From Actinomycetes bacterium (GTDB lineage Bacteria > Bacillota > Sulfobacillia > Sulfobacillales > JAIMBI01), in NCBI GenBank assembly GCA_023565505.1, contig JAIMBI010000009.1, positions 6,547-70,546 of the forward strand: a stretch of 64,000 bases of DNA. The letters run 5' to 3'. The notes below the pieces were generated by a model. The model saw nothing but the letters and a program-made list of their open reading frames with translations, was not told the DNA's origin and did not search any database. Within the stretch, counting starts at the first letter, position 1. Each line of letters starts with the position of its first letter. Of the stretch, positions 34,806-44,359 are shown piece by piece. The translations under genes were made by a program, and so were the position numbers.

Positions 34806-35783
34806 GTGGCAGGCGCGGCGGACGGTGCCTCCCCTCCCTCCTCCCCCATCGTGTTGACCGTGGGCGAGGTGTTGGCCGACGTGGCCCTGAGCCGCGCGGG
34901 ATCCGACCCGATGGGAGGCGGGTTCAGTCCCGGCGGTGCGCCGGCGAACGTCGCCGTAGGTGTGGCCCGGCTGGGGCTGGGGTCGCGTTTCGTAGGCCGG
35001 GTGGGCGACGACCAGATCGGCCGATGGCTGCGCGACCGGCTGGCCGCCCAAGGGGTCGACACCACGCATGTCGTGGCGGATGCGACCCGTCCGACCACCC
35101 TGAGCGTGGTGGAACGGGCCGCAGGGGGGCCCGGGGGCTTCCGCCTTTATTGGGACGGTACGGCGAGTGCCGCTGTGGGCCAGGATGCCCTGGCTCCGGC
35201 CGTGTGGGACGGCGTCGTCATGGCTCACGGCGGTGGCGTGGTCCTGTGCCGACCCCGGGGTGTCCGGCTCATGCAGGCGTTCTATGCGACGGCTCGGGCC
35301 CGGGGGCTCATCACCTCTTTCGATCCCAACGTCCGGCTGCCGCTGTGGCCCGACCGCGACCGCCTTACGGCGGTGCTGCGGCAGACGGTCCGCGACGTTG
35401 CGCTGCTCAAGGTCAGCCAGGAGGAGTCGGACTACTTCGGCGTGGCGCGGCACAAGCCGGGGGCGCTGTTGGATCTCGGGCCGGTGCTGGTGGTGGTCAC
35501 GCGGGGAGGCGCCGGAGCCACCCTGATGACCCGCCGGGTCACGGTGTCGGTGGCGGCTCCGGCCGTGCCCGTCGTCTCGACGATCGGGGCCGGCGACGCG
35601 TTTGTGGCGGCGCTCCTGGTGGCGCTGTGGCGCCTCGGCCTGCAGGATCGCGCGGCTTTGGCCCGCATAGACGCGGTCCGTCTGGCCCGGGCGGGCCGTT
35701 ATGCTGCGGCGGCAGGGGCCATGGCCTGCACGGCCCCGGGGGCATGGGCGGCCTGGGACCGGACCGTGGCGCTCGAGCTGTAA
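34806..35783 (+). CDS. PfkB-family sugar kinase
   Basis: GEVLADV...GGAPANVA and the C-terminal GAGDAF motif. Confidence 0.8.
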   Translation: MAGAADGASPPSSPIVLTVGEVLADVALSRAGSDPMGGGFSPGGAPANVAVGVARLGLGSRFVGRVGDDQIGRWLRDRLAAQGVDTTHVVADATRPTTLSVVERAAGGPGGFRLYWDGTASAAVGQDALAPAVWDGVVMAHGGGVVLCRPRGVRLMQAFYATARARGLITSFDPNVRLPLWPDRDRLTAVLRQTVRDVALLKVSQEESDYFGVARHKPGALLDLGPVLVVVTRGGAGATLMTRRVTVSVAAPAVPVVSTIGAGDAFVAALLVALWRLGLQDRAALARIDAVRLARAGRYAAAAGAMACTAPGAWAAWDRTVALEL

Positions 35784-35961
35784 GGCGCCGCCCTAATAAG
35801 GTTACATAATCTCCCTTATCGGACATAGATGCGCCCCCCAGGAGACCCTTGTCGTTGCCGCCTCATGGTACCCGGTTCGCCACCGGCGTACAATGGCAGG
35901 CGGAGGGATGGTTCCCTGATCCGTGTGCGCGCCGTAGGCACCGTCGCCGTGGCCGCACCCG

Positions 35962-36408
35962 GTGCCCTCGGTCTCCACCGCGAGCGCCGTCTGGCCGCCG
36001 GTGCCCGCCCCGCCGCCGACGGATGCGTGGCGTGTCCGGTGGGGGACGACACCGAACCTCGTCCGCGTCACCGCGCCCGCGAGCACCACGCTCGGACGCG
36101 AAGAGCGCATCATGGCCTGCGCCATCCCCGCCGTGCAACGCATCTGGCTCGCGAGTGGCCGCCCGCCGCTTCATCTGGCGGCCGGCTACACCGGGACAGA
36201 ACGTTGGGTCCAGGGGTACGACTTCTATCCTTCGGCCCCTACGCCGCCGAACATGACCATCGATCCGGGCACAGGGCTTGCAGAGTGGGGCCCAGTTGTT
36301 CACGGGTCCGGCGGCGACATCGTGCTCACCGCTGCCATGCTCGAGACCGGATGCCCCTACGAGAAGGCTCCCTGGTGGAACCAGCCCGTCCCGAACCCGG
36401 ACCGCTAA
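35962..36408 (+). CDS. Hypothetical protein, copy 1 of a local paralogue pair
   Basis: ORF with ordinary composition from ~36060 onward. It shares TTLGREERIMA...W.A.GRPP with the downstream copy. The start is uncertain. Confidence 0.35.
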   Translation: MPSVSTASAVWPPVPAPPPTDAWRVRWGTTPNLVRVTAPASTTLGREERIMACAIPAVQRIWLASGRPPLHLAAGYTGTERWVQGYDFYPSAPTPPNMTIDPGTGLAEWGPVVHGSGGDIVLTAAMLETGCPYEKAPWWNQPVPNPDR

Positions 36409-36450
36409 GGGGTTAGCACGGCCTACAATGGTACCAGGAGTAACGCTCCC

Positions 36451-36910
36451 ATGCATGCCGGCCGGCTTACGCGGTTCTTAATCGGCCTCGGCATTACCGG
36501 AGGCGCCTTGGCGTACGCGGCGTCACTGCCCCCGCCAGCGTCGGCATCAAGGACTCAGGCACCGCCGCTGCCCGCGTTACCCGCGTTGCCGCGCGTTCAT
36601 ATCGACCAGCCGCCAACGACGTTGCTCGGTCGGGAGGAACGGCTCATGGCGTGGTAAGACGCGCAGACGCAAGCCGACTGGATGCTCGCCGGCCGTCCTC
36701 CCATCTATTTATTTCACGTCAACCGTCGGGTACTACTTCTGCAACTACGGGTTTTCCGGCCCGTATTGCACAGTCGATCATCCCGGTTCTGCTACGCCTG
36801 CTTGGTTAGAGGTGACGTCACGGCCCGATTTGGTTCCGCTCCGCTTCTCGTCGTTCGCACGGCGCTGGTTGTCCGGCTATCCGTGGTTCGGCAAGCCGTT
36901 GGCGCCCTAG
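36451..36910 (+). pseudogene. Copy 2 of the paralogue pair, inactivated by an in-frame TAA and a probable frameshift
   Basis: It has a signal-peptide-like N-terminus (LIGLGITGGALAYAAS) and TTLLGREERLMAW, followed by a stop at 36655-36657. The same frame continues DAQTQADWMLAGRPP and aligns without gaps to copy 1. Similarity then appears to continue in the +1 frame to the TAG at 36908. Confidence 0.35.
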
Positions 36911-37092
36911 CAGCACCCGTGATCCGTCCCACAAGGGCACCCGGAGACTCTCGGCGTTATCTTGAACGGCGTCAGGCATGGCGAGTGACTGCCGGGCGCA
37001 GGCGGGTAATCAAACTAAGTCGGCACCGCTGCCCGGCCCGGCGACAGCGGCGGCGGCATCCCCATCGATCCGTTCTGCCCGACGGTGCGGTC

Positions 37093-37121
37093 TCGACGAA
37101 ATCGAACACGTGTTCTACTAT
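37093..37121 (+). promoter_or_regulatory. Candidate promoter (TCGACG-17-TACTAT) with an embedded SOS (Cheo) box CGAACACGTGTTCT at 37103-37116
   Basis: The GAAC-N4-GTTC palindrome matches CGAACRNRYGTTYC at 13 of 14 positions. It sits in the spacer of a sigma-A-like promoter, 27 nt upstream of the GTG at 37143. Confidence 0.5.
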
Positions 37122-37142
37122 GAGCCGCAAGGAGGCGGTCCG

Positions 37143-38024
37143 GTGGACTATCGACCGACCGAGTCGCGCAGTGCGCTGCAACGGGTCGACGGCATGCCGT
37201 TCCGGTGGAGCCTCAACCCCTATCGAGGTTGCCGTCACGCGTGCGTGTACTGCTACGCGCGCGTGTACCACAGCTACATCGGCTTCGACGACCCAGGCGA
37301 CTTCGACCGCGTCGTGCTGTACAAGGGTTCGCTGCCGGACGTACTGCGGCGCGAGCTCAGGCGGCGCCGCGGGCCGCTCGACGGTGTGGTGGCCATCGGC
37401 ACGGCCACCGACCCCTACCAGCCTCTCGAGGCGCGGGAACGTCTTACGCGGCGTCTGTTGGGGGTCCTGCTCGAACACGGGGCCGCCGTCACCGTCACCA
37501 CGAAGTCGCCGCTGGTCCTGCGCGACCTCGACCTCCTCCGGCAGTTCGCCGCGTACGGAGGCGTCCGCGTCCATGTGACGGTCACGGTGCTCAACGAGTC
37601 CCTCTGGCACCTCCTGGAACCTCGCACCCCGCATCCGCGGGGCCGCCTGAATGCCGTCCGCCGACTGCGGGACGCCGGCATCCCCGCCAGTGTGTTCCTC
37701 GCCCCGGTGGTACCCGCCCTCGGGGAGGACGAGGCCCTGGCCGTCCTGGACGCGGCCCGGGACGCGGGGGCGGAGACGGTCTGGGCGGACGTGCTCCGCC
37801 TCACCCCGGTGGTTCGGGAATGGTTGCTGCCGCGGCTCGACGCCCAGGTCCCCGCCGCGGCGAGCGTCCTCCGTCGTCTTTACGGCCACCGAGACACGCT
37901 CGCGGGCCCGGTCCGGGCTCGGATTCTGGAACCCATCCGGCGGCGTGTGGATGCCCTGGGTCTCGGCGGCCCCGTCGCTCCTCCCGTCCCCCGCCAACCA
38001 CTTGAGTTGGCCCTGTTTTCGTGA
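37143..38024 (+). CDS. Radical SAM protein of the SplB/COG1533 'DNA repair photolyase' family
   Basis: FRWSLNPYRGCRHACVYCYAR contains CxxxCxxC. ...TDPYQPLE... is also present. The GTG at 37143 follows AAGGAGG (ORF 36978..38024). Confidence 0.8.
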   Translation: MDYRPTESRSALQRVDGMPFRWSLNPYRGCRHACVYCYARVYHSYIGFDDPGDFDRVVLYKGSLPDVLRRELRRRRGPLDGVVAIGTATDPYQPLEARERLTRRLLGVLLEHGAAVTVTTKSPLVLRDLDLLRQFAAYGGVRVHVTVTVLNESLWHLLEPRTPHPRGRLNAVRRLRDAGIPASVFLAPVVPALGEDEALAVLDAARDAGAETVWADVLRLTPVVREWLLPRLDAQVPAAASVLRRLYGHRDTLAGPVRARILEPIRRRVDALGLGGPVAPPVPRQPLELALFS

Positions 38025-38063
38025 GCCGAGGGCGGCGGCCCTCCCCTGCCCTTTCGGACCACG

Positions 38064-38726
38064 TCAGGCGGACTGACTCGGGGCCCCGCGCTCCCCGGCC
38101 GCATCCGGACGCTTGCCGGGCGCCCGACCGATGCCCCAGAGCCGCGTCCACCAAGGCTCCGGGCGCACGGACAGCATCTGCCGCATGGCGCTGACGATGT
38201 ACTGATCCCGTTCCTCCAGGGCCCGCCGTTGCTCTTCGCCGAGGCGCACGACCTGCTGCTGCCAGGCGCCGAGATGGTCCGCCAGCCGACGGAAATCCGC
38301 CCGGACGGAGTCGAGTTCCTCCAGACGATCCCTCAGCGCCACCAAGGAGCGGTAGATGGTGGCGAGCTCGTTCCGCTCCGCCTCCTGTCGTTCCGCCACG
38401 GCGGCCAACATCTGACCCAATTGCTGCCTCAGGGTCTCGAATCCCTCGGGCACGACCGCAGTGGTCGTCGCCTCGGGTCCGATCGTAATCGTCACCGGAT
38501 ACTGCTGCCGCAACGTCTCGTCGATGGCCTCGGCGCTCATCCCGGTGGCATACCAGTCCCGGATCCGCTGCACCAGCGGGACGGCCGACTGCGCCAGCTC
38601 GTACGTCCTCCCCCGCCGGCGGGCCGGCAGGAACTCTCCGTGCCGGTCCACATAGCGCCTGAGCGTCCGTTCCGGGATGTCCGTCGTCCGGCTGACCTCC
38701 GCGATGCCCACCCACATCTCGCCCAT
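38064..38726 (-). CDS. MerR-like HTH protein with a long coiled-coil C-terminus
   Basis: The ATG at 38726 follows GGAGGAGG. IAEVSRTTDIPERTLRRYV is present. Confidence 0.6.
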   Translation of the reverse strand: MGEMWVGIAEVSRTTDIPERTLRRYVDRHGEFLPARRRGRTYELAQSAVPLVQRIRDWYATGMSAEAIDETLRQQYPVTITIGPEATTTAVVPEGFETLRQQLGQMLAAVAERQEAERNELATIYRSLVALRDRLEELDSVRADFRRLADHLGAWQQQVVRLGEEQRRALEERDQYIVSAMRQMLSVRPEPWWTRLWGIGRAPGKRPDAAGERGAPSQSA

Positions 38727-38949
38727 GCTTGTCCTCCTCCGACCCAGCGCGTCCGGCGTGGCGGCCGTCGTCCGGCCGCATGGGATCCGGCCGCGACGCG
38801 ACGCGGACCGGCCGCCGCTCCCGGTCGTCCGACGACGCTCCGGCCGCCATGCCGTCCTCATCGTAAAGCATGTCTGGTAGTATTTGGCATCTGATTTTGT
38901 CGTCGCGCAAAATGGGGCCGGCGTTCCGCAATTCCTGCAGGATGCTACG

Positions 38950-40410
38950 ATGTATCCGATATTGGAGCGCCGAGGCGTCATGTTTTTCCATCCATCGACC
39001 CGGGAGGCCCTGGAGGAGTTCCTGGCCCGCGACCTCGTCGTCGATCCGTGGTTGACGACGCTGGTCCCGGCTGCGTCCGAGGCGCCCGTGCCCCCCGGAT
39101 GGGCTGAGGCCATCGCCGCCCGCGTCGCTGCTATGCCGCTGGATCCGGCGGCGCTGGGCCGGCTCCCCATCAGCCGGCCGTATCTCGAGGCCGCCGCGCG
39201 GGAGATGCTGCGGTCCTCGGTCGTCTTCCACGCGTTGGTGCAGACGGGCCGGGCGGAGGCGTCTGCCGGCGCGCTCAAGGACGTGGAGCGCCGGTTCACG
39301 GCGTTCGTCCGGGCCGTCGGTGCCGCCGGCCTGGCCTGGGCGTACGCCGCCTCAGCGGGCACGGAGAATCTCCTCGCGCTCCGCTACTACCGGCGCATGG
39401 CGGAGACGGATTTCGTCGCCGGCACCCTGCACCGCCCGTGGATCGCCCGGTCCCTTGAAACCGATCTGCTCCTCGGCCTGGCTTCCGGCGTGTACCGGCT
39501 GCGGGGGGGCGAGGCGGGTCGGGTCGTGGAACTCACGCCGTTGGGCCGGCGCGCCTTGGACGAGGCGCTCGCCATCTGGCAGGTGACCGGATACGACCGG
39601 GTCCGCCATCACTTCCTGGCCTTGGCCCAGTTCAACACGCTGGCCGATTGGGACGAAGTCGCGGAGAGCCTCATGCCGGGTCTTCAGGAAGCCCGCCGGG
39701 CCTTCGTGCGCTTCGCGGCCCCGCGCCTCGGCCAACGGGTGCTCGAGCTGCGGGCCGGCACGGGCTTGCTCACGTTCGAGGCCGGGTTGGCGGACGTGGT
39801 GCGCACCGGCACGGTCACGGCCCTGAATCCGTCCATCGTCATGCAGCGCCGCGCCGAAGCCAAGCGCCAGCGCTACGGGGCCGACCACGTGCGGCTGGTC
39901 CACGGCTTGGGGCGCCGCATGCCGTTCCCGGACGGCGCGTTCGACACCGTCGTCGGCTTCTCCGTGCTCGAGGGGGGCGACCCGGGGCCGACCCTGGCCG
40001 AGGTGCGCCGGGTGCTGGCACCGGGCGGCCATTTCGCCTTGGGCTGGGCCGACCATGCGCCCCTCCTGGCGTCACCGCTCATCCAGCGCTGGTTCTCGCC
40101 CCTGCTCCGCCGCCGGTCCGGCGACGGCGTCGACCCGCCCACCGCGCTGGCCCGGCTGATCCAGGCCGGCCTCCGGCCCGAGGAGACGGTGCGGACCGCG
40201 GTGACCTTGGATGTGGGGCGGGTGGAGTGCATGGTGCGTACGTTGCTGCAATACGAGTCGGTGCGGCGCGAGCTGTTTTACCTGCCCTACGCGGCGCGCC
40301 AGGCGCTCATCCAGGATCTGCCCGCCCGCGGCCGGTTCCTGCTGAGGCGCTGGCGCGGCCCCGCGACGTTGAGCTTGCCGCTCTTCTGGGTGGCCGGCCG
40401 GCGCGACTAG
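38950..40410 (+). CDS. Two-domain protein with a C-terminal class I SAM-dependent methyltransferase
   Basis: VLELRAGTGLLT (motif I), FDTVVGFSVLE, and LAPGGHFAL. The N-terminal ~250 aa are unrecognised. The start is uncertain. Confidence 0.65.
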   Translation: MYPILERRGVMFFHPSTREALEEFLARDLVVDPWLTTLVPAASEAPVPPGWAEAIAARVAAMPLDPAALGRLPISRPYLEAAAREMLRSSVVFHALVQTGRAEASAGALKDVERRFTAFVRAVGAAGLAWAYAASAGTENLLALRYYRRMAETDFVAGTLHRPWIARSLETDLLLGLASGVYRLRGGEAGRVVELTPLGRRALDEALAIWQVTGYDRVRHHFLALAQFNTLADWDEVAESLMPGLQEARRAFVRFAAPRLGQRVLELRAGTGLLTFEAGLADVVRTGTVTALNPSIVMQRRAEAKRQRYGADHVRLVHGLGRRMPFPDGAFDTVVGFSVLEGGDPGPTLAEVRRVLAPGGHFALGWADHAPLLASPLIQRWFSPLLRRRSGDGVDPPTALARLIQAGLRPEETVRTAVTLDVGRVECMVRTLLQYESVRRELFYLPYAARQALIQDLPARGRFLLRRWRGPATLSLPLFWVAGRRD

Positions 40411-41619
40411 GCGCGCCCGGCCAGCGTCACCGCCGTCCGCCCGTCCCACCAGCGGACGGCCAGCGTGGCCGCGAGGCCCACGAGCGTAAATCCGAGGCCG
40501 GGTAGGAGCGCGACCGTCCACCCGTCGGCGATGAGGCGGCCGACGACCAGGGGGAATACGGCCGCGGCTACGAACCCGCCGGTGTTGGCCAAGCCCGTGG
40601 CCGAGCCGACCTCGGTGGGTGGAAACCAGGCTTTGACCACGGCGAAGGTCAGCATGCTGCCGCCCGCGGCCACCGCCGTCAAGGACAGCGCCCCGGCGGT
40701 CAGGACGAGGGGCGCCTCGGGCCAGAGGGCCAGCACCAGCCAGCCTGCCAGAGCCACCAGGGCCACGAGGAAGGCGGGGCGCGCCGGCCCGAAGCGGTCG
40801 GCCACCCACCCGGCCAGGGGACCGCCCAGCACGCTGCCCAACATGGCGATGCTCTCCACGCCGCCGGCCGCCACGCGGGACAGGTGGTGCGTGGCCATCA
40901 GGTACGGCACGGCGTAGATGGCCACGAAGCCGGTGTAGGCGCCGATGAGGCCGAAGTGCATGGCGAAGGGGATCCAGCCGGGCAGACGGCCGGTCACGTG
41001 CCGCAGCACCAAGCGCGTGTCGACCGGACGGATGACGCGCACCACATGCCCGGGCCCCTCCCGTTCCCATCGGGGCAGCAGGACCGCCACCAGGACCGCG
41101 AGCCCGACGAGGATCCCCCCCCATGAGCAGGAAGGTCGGCCGCCAACCCCAGACCCCCAGGAGCCAGGCCAAGGGTACGGTGGTCACCGTGGCGGCCGCG
41201 CCCCCCGAGGTGCCCACCACCGAGAGCAGACGTCCGAAGACCGTGGGGGGGAACCACCGGCCCAGCAGGAGGACGATGTTGACGAACAGCATTGCGTCGC
41301 CCAGGCCGATGATGCCTCGCGCCACCACCAGCCAGACGAAGCTGTGGACCTGGCTGAACCACAGCGTGCCGCCGCCGTCGAGAAACGCCCCCAAGGCGAG
41401 CCAGCGGGCCGGGCCGAAGCGGTCGCCCATCAGTCCGACGGGAAGTTGCAGCGCCGCGTAGGCGATGAACTGACCGACGGCCAACTCCCCCATGGCCGCC
41501 GTCGAGACGCGGAAGGTCGCCGCTAGGTGGTCCGTGACCAGCCCGGGTGCGCTCCGCTGGATGAAGGCCATCATGTAGGTGCCGGTCGCCAGCAGAAAAA
41601 CCCACCAGGATTTCGACAT
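40407..41619 (-). pseudogene. MFS transporter gene split by a +1 frameshift in a G8 (plus-strand C8) run at 41115-41122
   Basis: ORF 40072..41619 carries the N-terminal six-TM half up to ...TFLLMGG. ORF 40407..41090 carries the C-terminal half. Removing one G gives the continuous reading LMGGILVGLAVLVAVLLPRW. Confidence 0.75.
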
Positions 41620-41630
41620 TGCGCGTCACC

Positions 41631-42518
41631 ATGCTGCAGGAGATTCGGTTTTCGGTCGGGAATGCACCAACAGGCGGCCCGACGGCCGCGCGTTCGGACC
41701 CACTATACCAGACCGGGGGATCGGGATTGATCGGGGAACGGATCCGCGCCTGGCGCCGAAGGCAGGGCCTGACCCAGGCGGACTTGGCGGAGCGGATTCC
41801 CTTGTCCCAGAAACAGGTGTCCCGCCTGGAGCGCGGCACCTTCGTCCACCCGCCGCGGCCGACGCTCATCCGCGTGGCCGAGGTGTTGGGCGAGCCGCTC
41901 GTCACGGGCGAAGTCAACCGGTGGCTGGCACGGTACGGGTACGCCCCGGTGGTCCGCCCGCGGCTGCCTCTTCCCCCGGCGCTGCCGCAACTGTTCCCCG
42001 AATCCCTGCCGGCCTTCTGCTTCGACGCGGCCTGGAACCTGCGGGCTCTCTCGCCCCTGGCGCGGGTGCTGACGGGCGACGCTTGGGAGGACTTCAACCT
42101 GGCCCGTTACCTGGCCGGACCGGATCCGGGGCTGGCCGAGGCGGACCGGGAGCGGTTGTTGGCCTGGGTGGTGTCGTCCGTGGCTTGGCTCCCGGCCGAC
42201 GACTGGGTGGAGGATTTCGCCCGCATGGTCGGGCAGGCCGCTCACCTCTCGTGGACGGAGCTGGTGAGCCGGGCGGACCGCCTCACGTGGCCCGTGGGCT
42301 ACTGGCCGGGAACGCTCACCGTGCGGCTCCCCGGGGAGGACCTCTGTTTCTATCCCCTCTTCGTCCGCGTGCCGGACCGTCCGGATCTCCACCTGGTGGC
42401 GCTCCGCCCCGACGACGTCCGCACCCGCCGTTGGTGCGACGAGGCCCTGGCCGCGGCCCGGTCGGACGCTCCGTCCGCGCGCACCGCGACGGACGGAAAT
42501 GTTCGCGGCATAGGTTGA
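41631..42518 (+). CDS. XRE-family HTH regulator with an uncharacterised C-terminal domain
   Basis: IGERIRAWRRRQGLTQADLAERIPLSQKQVSRLERG. An alternative start is the TTG at 41727. Confidence 0.65.
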   Translation: MLQEIRFSVGNAPTGGPTAARSDPLYQTGGSGLIGERIRAWRRRQGLTQADLAERIPLSQKQVSRLERGTFVHPPRPTLIRVAEVLGEPLVTGEVNRWLARYGYAPVVRPRLPLPPALPQLFPESLPAFCFDAAWNLRALSPLARVLTGDAWEDFNLARYLAGPDPGLAEADRERLLAWVVSSVAWLPADDWVEDFARMVGQAAHLSWTELVSRADRLTWPVGYWPGTLTVRLPGEDLCFYPLFVRVPDRPDLHLVALRPDDVRTRRWCDEALAAARSDAPSARTATDGNVRGIG

Positions 42519-42656
42519 GCCGGCAACAAAGCGTTACAATCGTGTCGGCATAGTTATGGGACCCTGTCGGAGTGTGCGTCGGCGCGCGGCCCGGGTCGTC
42601 CGCCGGCCTGAGCCGGGTGCAGACAGGAGCCGTCCAACTCTGATCCAACGGAGAGG

Positions 42657-44339
42657 ATGTCGATGATCTACAAACACGATGTGCTGGTGGTCGGCGCCGG
42701 CCTGGCGGGGATGCGCGCGGCCATCGAGGCCAACCAGCACGGCGTGGACGTGGCGATCATTTCCAAGGTGTACCCCGTCCGCAGCCACTCCAATGCGGCC
42801 CAAGGCGGCATCAACGCGGCGTTGGGCGAGGGCGACTCGTGGGAGTCCCATGCCTTCGACACGGTCAAGGGCAGCGACTACCTCGGGGACCAGGACGCCA
42901 TCGAGATCCTGGCCCGGGAAGCGCCGGCGGCCGTCCTGGAACTGGAACACTGGGGGGTCAACTTCAGCCGCGACGAGCGGGGCTATCTGGGCACGCGGAA
43001 TTTTGGTGGCGCCTCCCAGGCGCGCACTTTTTTCGTCGCCGACATCACCGGCCAGGCCATCCTGCAGGTGATGTTCGAGCAGCTGGTCCGCTCCCGGATC
43101 AAGATGTACAACGAGTGGTTCGTGACCAAACTCGTGGTCGACAACGGACGGGTGAAGGGCCTGACGGCCATTGAGCTGCGGACCGGGCAGCTCCACCTCA
43201 TCCAGGCGAAGGCCATCATCATCGCGACCGGCGGGATGGGTCGGGTCTACGAACCGTCCACCAACGCCCTCATCAACACGGGCGACGGGATGGCCATCGC
43301 GTACCGGGCCGGCGCCAAGCTCATGGACATGGAGATGATGCAGTACCACCCCACGACGCTGAAGGGCTCGGGGGCGCTCATCACGGAGGGGGCGCGCGGC
43401 GAAGGCGCCTACCTGCTCAACTCCGAGGGCGAGCGCTTCATGAAGAAGTACGCGCCGAACAAGCTGGAGCTGGCGAGCCGGGACGTGGTCTCGCGGGCCG
43501 AGCAGACGGAGATCAACGAGGGCCGCGGGGTCAACGGGTGCGTGCTCCTCGACTGTCGCCACCTCGGCAAGGAACTCATCATGACCAAGCTGTCGCAGAT
43601 CCATGAGCTGGCGCTCGACCTCGCGGGCGTGGACATCACCCAGGAGCCGGTCCCCGTACGCCCGGGCTTCCACTATCCCATGGGCGGCATCAAGACCGAC
43701 GTGGACGGCCGGGCGACGCTCGAGGGCCTGTACGCGGCGGGCGAGGCCGCCTGCATCAGCGTCCACGGCGGCAACCGTCTCGGAGCCAACTCCCTCCTGG
43801 ACACCGTCATCTTCGGACGACGGGCCGGTCGCGCCGCCGCGCTCGCGGCCAAGGAGACACCCGAACCCAACCTGTCGGACGCGCCGCTGGCCGACGAGGA
43901 GGCCCGCATCCGGGCCCTCGTGAACCGGCCGTACAAGGGGGAACTCGCCGCCAAGGTCCGCTGGGACATGGGCGTGGCGATGGACAAGTACGCGGGCGTG
44001 TTCCGCGACCAGCAGGGTCTCGACACGCTCGGCGACCTCCTCCACGAGCTGCGCGACCGCTACAAGAATGTCCACGTGGGCGACAAGAGCCGCACGTTCA
44101 ACACCAACCTGCAGTCCGTGCTCGAACTGGACTACATGCTCGACTTGGCGCTGGCGGTGCAGGTCACGGCGTCGCACCGCACGGAGAGTCGGGGTGCCCA
44201 CACGCGGCTGGACTACCCGCAGCGTGACGACGAGCACTGGCTCAAGCACATCCTGCTGGAGTACCACCCCGACGGCCCGAAGATCTCGTATCTGCCGGTG
44301 ACGATCACGCGGTGGCAGCCGCAGGTCCGCACGTACTAG
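42657..44339 (+). CDS. sdhA: Succinate dehydrogenase/fumarate reductase flavoprotein subunit
   Basis: DVLVVGAGLAGMRAA, SHSNAAQGGI (FAD His site), and HYPMGGI. Confidence 0.9.
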   Translation: MSMIYKHDVLVVGAGLAGMRAAIEANQHGVDVAIISKVYPVRSHSNAAQGGINAALGEGDSWESHAFDTVKGSDYLGDQDAIEILAREAPAAVLELEHWGVNFSRDERGYLGTRNFGGASQARTFFVADITGQAILQVMFEQLVRSRIKMYNEWFVTKLVVDNGRVKGLTAIELRTGQLHLIQAKAIIIATGGMGRVYEPSTNALINTGDGMAIAYRAGAKLMDMEMMQYHPTTLKGSGALITEGARGEGAYLLNSEGERFMKKYAPNKLELASRDVVSRAEQTEINEGRGVNGCVLLDCRHLGKELIMTKLSQIHELALDLAGVDITQEPVPVRPGFHYPMGGIKTDVDGRATLEGLYAAGEAACISVHGGNRLGANSLLDTVIFGRRAGRAAALAAKETPEPNLSDAPLADEEARIRALVNRPYKGELAAKVRWDMGVAMDKYAGVFRDQQGLDTLGDLLHELRDRYKNVHVGDKSRTFNTNLQSVLELDYMLDLALAVQVTASHRTESRGAHTRLDYPQRDDEHWLKHILLEYHPDGPKISYLPVTITRWQPQVRTY

Positions 44340-44359
44340 GCCCGGGAGGTGCTGAGAGA

